Below, in pieces: positions 21,301 through 28,599 of a DNA stretch of 64,000 bases. The notes below the pieces were generated by a model. It saw only the letters and a program-made list of their open reading frames with translations, was not told where the DNA came from and ran no database searches. The stretch lies in NCBI GenBank assembly GCA_965237675.1, contig OZ250150.1, positions 1,824,001-1,888,000 on the forward strand, read 5' to 3'. Every line of letters begins with the position of its first letter. Within the stretch, counting starts at the first letter, position 1. A program made the translations under genes and the position numbers. This DNA comes from Candidatus Latescibacterota bacterium (GTDB lineage Bacteria > Latescibacterota > UBA2968 > GCA-2709665).

Positions 21301-21978
21301 CCGGATGGAGACGAGGTCTGGCAGCGGCAGATTGAACACCACGCCGCGCGGACGCTGGTGATTGGAGACGTGGAGGGAGACGGAAAGCAGGAGATCCTGG
21401 TCGGCGCTGAATACTATACCTCGAACCTGCTGGAGGCCGATGGGAGGATCCGGTGGACGGTTCAGGGGGGTCCCTGTTTTTCGGCGCTGGCGCTGGCGGA
21501 TCTGAATGGTGACGGGGTGAAGGAATCGGTTTACGGGACCATGGACGGAAATGTTTACGCGGTGGATTCGATTTCCGGAGAGATCCTCTGGACGGCCAAC
21601 CTGGGGGACGACGTCCGGCACGGCGTTGTGGTTGGCGGGAACGGATTCGCGGCGGGGAGCGAGAGCGGGCACGTGGCGCTGTTGAGCGGCAGCGGAGAAA
21701 AACGCTGGCGCCGGGATCTCGACGGAGGGGTGACCGGCCTGGTCCTTTTTAAGACTGGAGACGAGGAGATGATCGTCGCGGGAACTTCGGAAGGATGGAT
21801 CGTGTTCCTGTCCCTCGCGGGGGAGGTTATCGGCAGCCACCGCATGGAAGCGGGCGTGACCGTGTTGACCCCCCTGGCGCTGCACGGGGTGTCCGGTCTG
21901 CTGGTGGGGACGGAAGGCGGCAAGGTGAGCGCTGTCAGTCCCGGTCCGGCGCCTTTCGGTTTGCGCAACAATCCGTGA
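18304..21978 (+). CDS. Heparinase II/III-like protein with C-terminal beta-propeller, paralog 2
   Basis: 1224 aa, colinear with 10212-13589 (QNH, HGHEDGNSI, DLTGDG/DVEGDG/DLNGDG blades) plus ~90 extra central residues. Confidence 0.6.
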   Translation: MAEERIETLKELYLTTDLGEGAEIVAPADPGWAPFCRRLQEMIRVHAGVDLPVVDPAGLSPLPEGRHRVLLGNAMVNESLMALYRRQYVFVDEYYPGGDGYVIRTVHNPENFGHNVLLVGASRVEGAAAALEVLEGVLERTGGRLEYTNLSRSEVHETLLPEMTPEAFREWVAEMYRDNLSYYPVEQGTFLGLVHHLTHDPGCARMFRDALFYYEDLVRNRYGGDWLFEHMLFIYSWAWRLITVWDLIEESDAFTDAERLRITNVLWGLSNYVAGTHYFKKETPPPLEIRQNHWTFAGLSGSFCARYFEAYYGITGFEKQIRFSQAVFDGQAESYKPNDDAGGGWWGYCWLAPYHQVIYDLKRDDFRFLESGQLRTFADYGIMVTDNLGVQVSFGDAWSYIEPGRYAVALKNKRTSLELAMALCTAAWYYEDGSYLWALDWMGGAPYPGCYYRALPKRAPDRLAGIAIAPFNRSLYEWVQRHARGGANVPLEEAFDKLVLRGGFDREDEYLLLDGTSTFAHGHEDGNSIERLTWKGRMWLAELDYIWKRPRHHCSVVSICGGETVESPPLVALKWAEEFGRTALTRTVMPDYNGVDWTRDIFWAKGGFFLVADSLRLLKDADYDLKCLWRTLGEVRQHGSELTVEQKGVYFRIQNADDSDKSLVTEEARVAGTDPYEAYAHVDGPIRIFSQHKALHGLPGDVERYFNLMVAGSRAEIDAWRIERIGEGVVKVEHPDGPTVFGVTDGEARMGGFRIAAEAFALTEASIVLLNGTGLWTDGVMFETEAPVHTVLYPGEGRGEVRVNEETSVRTEGVCFGGEEDPVPESLSAGTHPFTLETGFSDVLSEALRDGTSYAHRRAPRVHGFAPKDTTPLRRLWEAQVEGPVRCADVRGESAAVGTAGGQVLLLDRDGQIQWKRETGAEVRAVHLADLKEGRLLAGGRDCALTLFDADGGVCWKRAFSESHGVNQNVNAVTTADLTGDGKKVILTATDGWLVWALTPDGDEVWQRQIEHHAARTLVIGDVEGDGKQEILVGAEYYTSNLLEADGRIRWTVQGGPCFSALALADLNGDGVKESVYGTMDGNVYAVDSISGEILWTANLGDDVRHGVVVGGNGFAAGSESGHVALLSGSGEKRWRRDLDGGVTGLVLFKTGDEEMIVAGTSEGWIVFLSLAGEVIGSHRMEAGVTVLTPLALHGVSGLLVGTEGGKVSAVSPGPAPFGLRNNP

Positions 21979-22072
21979 TCGTATAAATTGAGGGGCCACT
22001 CGTGCCGCCGGTCCGCTGCCCGTTCCACGAGGTATCGCACTATCTAAAAACCCGATTTCGGAGAATTATCCC

Positions 22073-23014
22073 ATGAAATTCGCACTCGTCCTGAATCCCC
22101 TAGACGAAGAACGGATGGCCCTCGCCCGCCAGATCGGCGTGACAGACTTGGTGACGACACTGCCCAACGGCGGTCCGATCTGGGATTTCGACGCCATCGT
22201 ACATCACAAGGAACGCATCGCCGACGCGGGTCTAACGTGGTCCGTAGTGGAGTCCTTACCTATCTCAGACCGTATCACGCTGGGTCTCGAAGGCCGGAAC
22301 GAGGACATCGACGCGTACTGCCAGACCATCCGCAACCTGGGCGCAGCCGGTATCGGGATCATGTGCTGGAACTGGATGGCCGTGTTCAACTGGATGCGCA
22401 CTTCCTACACCACGCGCGGCCGGGGGAATGCATTTGTAAGCAGCTACGATCACACGCTGATGAAGGACGCGCCCCTTACGGAATACGGGGAAGTGAGCGA
22501 AGCGCTGCTCTGGGAAACCCTGGAGTACTTTCTCGAAAGGGTCATTCCCGTGGCCGAGGAGGCCGGCGTCAAACAGGCGCTGCACCCGGACGATCCGCCC
22601 CTGTCGCCCGTGCGGGGAATCAGCCGAATCATCACCAGCGTAGACGCGTTCCAGCGTGTGGTCGACATGGTTCCCAGCGACGATAACGGGATTACCTTCT
22701 GCCAGGGCAACTTCGCCGCGATGGGCGCGGACGTGCCGGCCGCCATCCGCCGGTTTGCGGACAAGATCCATTTTTCCCACTTCCGCGACGTGAGAGGCGT
22801 GGTGCCCCGTTTCGAGGAGACCTTTCACGACGAGGGCGATACCGACATGGCCGAGTGCATCCGGGCGTACAAAGACATCGGTTTCACCGGGCCCATTCGT
22901 CCCGACCACGTACCGGTTCTGTCCGGCGAAGCAAACGACCCGCCCGGCTACACCCTGATGGGCAGGCTCTACGCCGTCGGCTATATGAAAGGGCTGTTGG
23001 ACGGAACGGCCTGA
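22073..23014 (+). CDS. uxuA: Mannonate dehydratase
   Basis: WSVVES, CWNWM, LHPDDPP, NGITFCQG, HFRDV, FHDEGD, RPDHVP motifs of UxuA. Confidence 0.9.
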   Translation: MKFALVLNPLDEERMALARQIGVTDLVTTLPNGGPIWDFDAIVHHKERIADAGLTWSVVESLPISDRITLGLEGRNEDIDAYCQTIRNLGAAGIGIMCWNWMAVFNWMRTSYTTRGRGNAFVSSYDHTLMKDAPLTEYGEVSEALLWETLEYFLERVIPVAEEAGVKQALHPDDPPLSPVRGISRIITSVDAFQRVVDMVPSDDNGITFCQGNFAAMGADVPAAIRRFADKIHFSHFRDVRGVVPRFEETFHDEGDTDMAECIRAYKDIGFTGPIRPDHVPVLSGEANDPPGYTLMGRLYAVGYMKGLLDGTA

Positions 23015-23105
23015 GGCCCGTTCCAGCATCCCCGTGGAGTCGCCGGAGAGGGCGAGTCCTTCATTTCGAAGTCAGACGGACACCCGGCCGGAGGATCGGA
23101 TTTCC

Positions 23106-24107
23106 ATGCGCGACATCAGAATCGGCGCCGCCCAGTTCGAAGCTCGGGACGCCGACAAGCCCTACAACCTTTCCCGGATCGACGCCCTCACGAGGAAGGC
23201 CGTCGATGAGGGCGCTGAAATCGTCTCCTTCCACGAATGCTGCATTCCCGGATACACCTTTCTGCAGACCCTCCCGCGTTCCCGCATCGCCGAACTGGCC
23301 GAATCCGTTCCGGGCGGCCCCTCCACGAAACGCCTTATCGAAATCGCCAGGAAATACAACGTTGCCGTCCTGGCCGGCCTTGTCGAAACGGAAAACGACG
23401 CCCTGTACAATACCTACGTGGCGGTGGGCCCGGATGGCTTTGTCGCGAAACATCGCAAACTGCACGCCTTCATCAGCAAATTCATCGGCTCCGGCGATGC
23501 GTTCACGGTGTTCGACCTCTGCGACTGCCGCGCCGGCATCCTGATCTGTTACGACAACAACCTGCCTGAGAACGTGCGGGTGACCGCGATGATGGGCGCG
23601 GAAATCATCTTCATGCCGCACGTCACCTGCGGACTGCCCTCCGCCATGCCCGGCCGGGGCCTCATCGACCGCGCTGTCTGGGAGAACCGTCACCGCGACC
23701 CCGTTTCCCTTCGGCAGGAGTTCAATGGACCCAAGGGCCGGGGCTGGCTACTGCGCTGGCTGCCGGCTCGCGCCTACGAAAACGGCGTTTACGCCGTGTA
23801 TACGAATCCCATCGGCGTCGATCACGATACCGTGAAAAACGGGAATGCCATGATCCTGGACCCGTTTGGTGAAATCCTGGTCGAGTCCGATGCGCTGGAC
23901 GACGACGTGGTGGTGGGGTTGCTCACGCCCGAAAAAATACCGGTCTCCTCCGGGTTCCGCTATCTGCGCGCGCGCCGCCCCGACCTCTACGGCAAACTGG
24001 TGGAACCTCTTCCACCGGATATGCAGCGGGGCACGAACCCGGGCTGGAAACTGAAAGAACCCGAAGACACCCAGGCGCCTCCCGATACCGCGCCCAAACA
24101 CGAGTAG
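23106..24107 (+). CDS. Carbon-nitrogen hydrolase (nitrilase superfamily)
   Basis: Catalytic triad motifs FHECC, HRKLH, ILICYD; ARAYENG; RRPDLY; start MRDIRIG at 23106. Confidence 0.9.
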   Translation: MRDIRIGAAQFEARDADKPYNLSRIDALTRKAVDEGAEIVSFHECCIPGYTFLQTLPRSRIAELAESVPGGPSTKRLIEIARKYNVAVLAGLVETENDALYNTYVAVGPDGFVAKHRKLHAFISKFIGSGDAFTVFDLCDCRAGILICYDNNLPENVRVTAMMGAEIIFMPHVTCGLPSAMPGRGLIDRAVWENRHRDPVSLRQEFNGPKGRGWLLRWLPARAYENGVYAVYTNPIGVDHDTVKNGNAMILDPFGEILVESDALDDDVVVGLLTPEKIPVSSGFRYLRARRPDLYGKLVEPLPPDMQRGTNPGWKLKEPEDTQAPPDTAPKHE

Positions 24108-24220
24108 GGCCCGATTGACGGCCGGCGCGCCTGCCTCGCGTGGCGGCCCGATGCGCCGGACCGCCGGAATAGACGCTTCGTCTCCACGCGGCGTATTCTG
24201 AGTTCCACGGAAAGTGAAAG

Positions 24221-26200
24221 ATGGCGCAGAGATCCGCACCTCGATCAGAATCCGAGTCCCGGGTCGCACATCGGTCCGACGCGGTGACGCTTCGCGCCGT
24301 CGCCATCGGCCTGTTGCTGGTTCTTGTCGTCAATTTCTGGATTTCCACGACCGAATACGTCATCCACGCCTCGCGGATGCAACTCTCCTTCTTCCCCCTG
24401 GCCCTCTTCGCCACCTTCCTCGTGCTGGTCATCGTCAACGGCGTCATCCGCCGCCTCCGGCCGCACAGCGCCCTCCAATCGTCCGAACTGCTCACCATCC
24501 TGGCCATGGGGTTCGTGGGCGCCGTGGTGCCCACGTCAGGCATCACGGGCTTTCTTCTGGGCATTCTTTCGGGCGTCTACTATTTCGCCACGCCGGAGAA
24601 TCAGTGGGCCAACTATCTGCATCCCAACATGCCCGAGTGGGCCGTGCCCTCCAACGAAAACAACGCGATGACCTGGTTTTACGAGGGTCTGCCCGACGGT
24701 CAGCAGGCGCCTTACCATGCATGGATTTCTCCCCTCATCTGCTGGATTTTCTTTCTGCTCGCCCTTTGCACGCTCCTTTTCTGCATTGCCGTTATTCTCC
24801 GCAAGCAATGGGTGCGGAATGAGCGCCTGGTCTTTCCGCTTGCTTCTGTCGGCGCCACGCTGACGCGAGCGACCCGCGGCGGTTTCCTGCCCGATGCCCT
24901 TCGCGGCGGCCTCTTCTGGGGCGGCTTCGGGGTCGGCTTCGGTACCATCGCCTGGAACGTCCTCAGCTACTTCTGGCCTTTGGTGCCCAGAATTCCCGTC
25001 CAGGGGAAATGGGTCGTCTTTGCGAAGGGATTTCCGCGTGTCAACACCCGCATCAACTTCCTGACAGCGGGATTCGCGTATTTCGCCAACCTGAATATCC
25101 TCTTCTCCATCTGGGTCTTCTTCGTTCTCTTTTTCTGGTTCGAAAACGGTATCATCAACCGCATCGGATACGTTATCCCGCGCAAGCCGCTCAACTTCTC
25201 CGCGGAGACCGAAGTCACGGCCTGGCAGGGCTTCGGCGCCCTGACGGTGCTGGTGCTGTGGAACCTCTGGACCGCCCGGACCCATATCAGGGCCGTTTTC
25301 GCCCGGGCGTTCGGGAAAGGTGATGCCGACGATGCCGGCGAACTGCTCTCCTATCGGTTCGCCGTGTTCGGACTCATCGGCAGCCTTGTGTTCGTGTGTG
25401 CCTTTTTTGCCCAGTTGGGTATGCAGGGCAAACTCATCGCGCTGCTCGTGCCCGCCCTGATCGTCAACTACCTCTCAATAGCCCGTATCGTTTCCGAAAC
25501 CGGCCTGGCCTACATGCGTACGACGTTGACCGAACAGTACGCCGCCCTATACACGATCGGCACCACCGCCCTTTCGTCCGCCAGCATGTCCGGCCTCAGC
25601 CTCACGTACAGCCTCGTCTGCCAGGGCAAAGGCACGTTCATGTCTCCCTTTGTGCACGTGGCCCGACTCGCGGACCTCATCCGCCGGAATCGTCGACGGC
25701 TTGTCCCTGCCCTGGCCCTGGTCGTGCTCGTGGGGCTCGCGGCCGACTTCGCCCTCACCATCCACCTCGGCTACCGGACCGGCGCATTCAATTTCAACGC
25801 GTGGCCCTTCTCCAGCGCCGGCCGCTTCGCCTACGACCTTACCGTTACCCAGATGCGGAGCCCCTTCGATATCAGTTGGGAGCGCCTGGCCGTCTTCTGC
25901 GTGGGCGCCGCCGCGATGTCGCTGCTTACCTTTTTACATTACCGCCTGCCGTGGTGGCCCTTTCATCCTATCGCCTTTCCCATTGCTTTCTCCTGGAACA
26001 CCCAGCTCACCTTCTTTTCGATTTTTGTCGTCTGGGCCGTCAAGGCCATTCTGCTCAAGGTCGGCGGCGTCAACCTCTACCGAAAGTGGCAGCCCGCCTT
26101 CCTGGGCCTGCTGACGGGCTATGTCCTGGCCATCACGTTCTCCTTCCTCGTGGACGCCATCTGGTTCCCCGGCCAGGGACACGGCGTGCACAATTACTAG
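24221..26200 (+). CDS. DUF6785/DUF6784-like polytopic membrane protein, paralog 3
   Basis: 659 aa; YYFATPENQW, ILRKQWVRNERLVFPL, WWPFHPI, GQGHG. Confidence 0.75.
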   Translation: MAQRSAPRSESESRVAHRSDAVTLRAVAIGLLLVLVVNFWISTTEYVIHASRMQLSFFPLALFATFLVLVIVNGVIRRLRPHSALQSSELLTILAMGFVGAVVPTSGITGFLLGILSGVYYFATPENQWANYLHPNMPEWAVPSNENNAMTWFYEGLPDGQQAPYHAWISPLICWIFFLLALCTLLFCIAVILRKQWVRNERLVFPLASVGATLTRATRGGFLPDALRGGLFWGGFGVGFGTIAWNVLSYFWPLVPRIPVQGKWVVFAKGFPRVNTRINFLTAGFAYFANLNILFSIWVFFVLFFWFENGIINRIGYVIPRKPLNFSAETEVTAWQGFGALTVLVLWNLWTARTHIRAVFARAFGKGDADDAGELLSYRFAVFGLIGSLVFVCAFFAQLGMQGKLIALLVPALIVNYLSIARIVSETGLAYMRTTLTEQYAALYTIGTTALSSASMSGLSLTYSLVCQGKGTFMSPFVHVARLADLIRRNRRRLVPALALVVLVGLAADFALTIHLGYRTGAFNFNAWPFSSAGRFAYDLTVTQMRSPFDISWERLAVFCVGAAAMSLLTFLHYRLPWWPFHPIAFPIAFSWNTQLTFFSIFVVWAVKAILLKVGGVNLYRKWQPAFLGLLTGYVLAITFSFLVDAIWFPGQGHGVHNY

Positions 26201-26220
26201 GCGCTTTAAGTCAAGAACGG

Positions 26221-26251
26221 GAACTTACATGGATGGACAGGATGGACAGGA
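26221..26251 (+). repeat. Dispersed 31-bp repeat with 9-bp GGATGGACA periodicity (second copy at 44961-44991)
   Basis: GAA(C/T)TTACATGGATGGACAGGAT(G/C)GACAGGA, 2 mismatches between copies. Confidence 0.75.
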
Positions 26252-26432
26252 CAAAAACACAAGGACTGGAATACTCCCTATTTATGCTAACGCGATGATT
26301 TCGCCCGCCCCGGGCCGCAATCATCACGTTGACCGACCCGATTCCATATTCTTATGGATTGTCGCTCCATTCTACGCTTTCATTATTGAGAATCGACCGA
26401 TTATACAATAATGCCACCGCTTAAATCACACT

Positions 26433-26816
26433 TTGCCATGGTTCTATTCTATTTATATGCATTCTCGGTGGGGGCAAACGGTAGGGAAAATGGTCACGAA
26501 AGTAAAAGTTGTAGATGTCCGAACTGAAGAGCCTATAATCTTTCGCCAAGCCTTTCTTCGGGATGCGGTCCCGATATTTATTCTGCTTCCGCTACATACC
26601 TATTCGCTCTATCAATTAATAGCCGTTTGGAAATATTGCGTGCCTCAGCAAAGTCCGGATTTTATTTTTTCAATTTGGGCGGAAATGTGGACGACTATTA
26701 TTGTGTTTGGTTGGTGGATTGCTGAGATTATCACCATGCTCACGAATGAAAAACGTCGGGCCATTCACGATTATATTGCCGGCACGGTTGTGGTGCGGAC
26801 GAATATTGAGGCTTGA
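26433..26816 (+). CDS. RDD-family membrane protein, probably N-terminally disrupted
   Basis: 'WGQTVGKM...KVV', 'QAFLR', 'KRRAIHDYIAGTVVVR' RDD motifs; in-frame upstream hydrophobic segment cut off by TAA at 26409-26411. Confidence 0.75.
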   Translation: MPWFYSIYMHSRWGQTVGKMVTKVKVVDVRTEEPIIFRQAFLRDAVPIFILLPLHTYSLYQLIAVWKYCVPQQSPDFIFSIWAEMWTTIIVFGWWIAEIITMLTNEKRRAIHDYIAGTVVVRTNIEA

Positions 26817-26837
26817 GTATTAATTTTTGGAGGGCTT

Positions 26838-27392
26838 GTGCGGAGACTTATTCTCTTTCTATTGATAGGGTCGAGTGGTTGCGCCTCGACGAACAACGTC
26901 GGCATTTGGCACCTAAATCGCAACCGGGCGCCATTCGAAGGTGTAACGCTATTGGAAAAAAGAGGGGAAATTTCGATTGATTTTCGGGAGCGGTACTATA
27001 TGACGGGAACCATTGTACAGAGTACCTTACTCATATCACCCAAGATTGTAGCGATCGATTTTCCGCAACCTCGGCAAAGAATACGTGAACGAGATCTGGC
27101 TTTTAGGATGCAAGGAAAGATAATTGGGAACGATAGGATTTGTGTTGTGCCTGGTTTGACGATAGATAATTTCAAGAACAGAAGTATATTGTTGATACCA
27201 CATAACTACTTGAAACGTATACTGCAGGATATTCGTTCCAATGAATATCAAACCCTTTACATTTACCTGGGTAAATTTCCAAATGTACCACCGGATAATC
27301 TCCGAGCCTTCGCTAATCTAATGGTGAATTGGGCGTTTAAATTTGATCTGACCGGAGGTCGTGAGGCGATTAGAATATTTAAGGAACAATAG
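26838..27392 (+). CDS. Hypothetical lipoprotein-like protein
   Basis: GGAGG RBS, signal MRRLILFLLIGSSGC (possible lipobox), AT-rich, no family recognised. Confidence 0.55.
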   Translation: MRRLILFLLIGSSGCASTNNVGIWHLNRNRAPFEGVTLLEKRGEISIDFRERYYMTGTIVQSTLLISPKIVAIDFPQPRQRIRERDLAFRMQGKIIGNDRICVVPGLTIDNFKNRSILLIPHNYLKRILQDIRSNEYQTLYIYLGKFPNVPPDNLRAFANLMVNWAFKFDLTGGREAIRIFKEQ

Positions 27393-27409
27393 ATAAATGG
27401 GGAGTCGAA

Positions 27410-27994
27410 ATGCAACTATCTATTCTAGGCGCTTTGCTCGGGACCGGACTCTTCGTTGGTGGGTTTGTTTATCACGATGTACAATTTTACGAATTTCGTA
27501 AGGCAGATGCAGTAAGGGTCAGTCCCAATGGGTATGTGATGTTCGAATCCTCAAATCAAGAAGAAAATGCCTATGCTATAGGTATGGCCGGAGCCGCCGT
27601 CTTAACACTTTCTTTGAAACATATTTGGGACTCCCGAAAGAATAAATCATCCCATCAAGCATATAGTAAATTTCGTAAGACCTTGGATCTATTGTTAGGT
27701 ACTGGTTTTCTTATAGGCGGTATAGGCGCACACGATAAACATTGGGACAGAGATAGTCCTCGATGGTCGTCTAGAAATGCAGATGATCCTGATAGTGAAT
27801 GGAGAATGTATCAAAAAGCAGGCAATGTTGAAGAACATTTCGGCTTCGCCCTGGGTGCGCTTGGTGCTGTATGGCTCACCGCTTCTGTAAAACACGCTTG
27901 GGATCTTCGAGGCCGTGAGCAGGTGGATCTCAATGAGACTTTTCGCGATTTTCAATTACAACTGCACGATCGGGAGTTGTTTCTGAGGAAGTAA
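27410..27994 (+). CDS. Hypothetical membrane protein built from two internal repeats
   Basis: GGGAG RBS; LLGTG..(V/I)GG...HD and G..GA..LT.S.KH.WD.R each occur twice. Confidence 0.6.
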   Translation: MQLSILGALLGTGLFVGGFVYHDVQFYEFRKADAVRVSPNGYVMFESSNQEENAYAIGMAGAAVLTLSLKHIWDSRKNKSSHQAYSKFRKTLDLLLGTGFLIGGIGAHDKHWDRDSPRWSSRNADDPDSEWRMYQKAGNVEEHFGFALGALGAVWLTASVKHAWDLRGREQVDLNETFRDFQLQLHDRELFLRK

Positions 27995-28002
27995 GTGGAA
28001 GA

Positions 28003-28026
28003 CCCAGGGCTTGATCAAGCCCTGGG
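28003..28026. repeat. Perfect 24-bp palindrome right after the islet
   Basis: CCCAGGGCTTGATCAAGCCCTGGG equals its own reverse complement. Confidence 0.7.
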
Positions 28027-28451
28027 CCAAAGTACGGCTCGACGGCAGGACGTACAACCCGGTGGTCTTGTGATCGGGAGTCCTCCGGGATAGGGCAATT
28101 ATCCATTCCAAAACAGGAGAGCAGTCGTGGATATGGGACACGAGGTTGCGTTGTAATTTTAAGTGCGTCGCCACCCCCTTGTTTTTTCGACACTTACTCT
28201 ATTATTACTGAGCCCTCCTCCACTTACAGCTACCCAACGGCCTAATATTTCCTGATAGCTACTTGTTTTAGGGCCCCGGCTGGGAAGGGAAAAGCGAAAA
28301 TCAACAGCTGCTGTCAAGGGTCGGGGATACACTGCGCCAGGAATGGTGGTCGGAGGTCGGTGGTACGGGGGGAGTGACCGTAGCCAGGATGGGTGGGGGC
28401 CTTTCGTGAATTATTCAAGTCAGGCGCGATGAATTCTTGACGTCACGTGGT

Positions 28452-28486
28452 AAAAAAAGGCCGGCGAACGTCTCGTCGGCCCTTTT
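28452..28486 (-). terminator. Intrinsic terminator (possibly bidirectional) downstream of the GWxTD genes
   Basis: A7-GGCCGGCGA-loop-TCGTCGGCC-CT4; on the minus strand a GC stem followed by T7. Confidence 0.7.
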
Positions 28487-28599
28487 CGAATCCCCGTTGT
28501 CGGGCGAAACTCGCGCGCGATTGTCCGAGGCGGCCCGTTAACCGGTGGATGCGCCGCTTGCTTGTATCTCTACACTCATTGTTGTTGTGGACGATAGAT

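Noticed and set aside
26433-28030. Integron cassette array
   Set aside because: Intergenic gaps of ~17-21 bp are too short for attC sites, and there is no integrase
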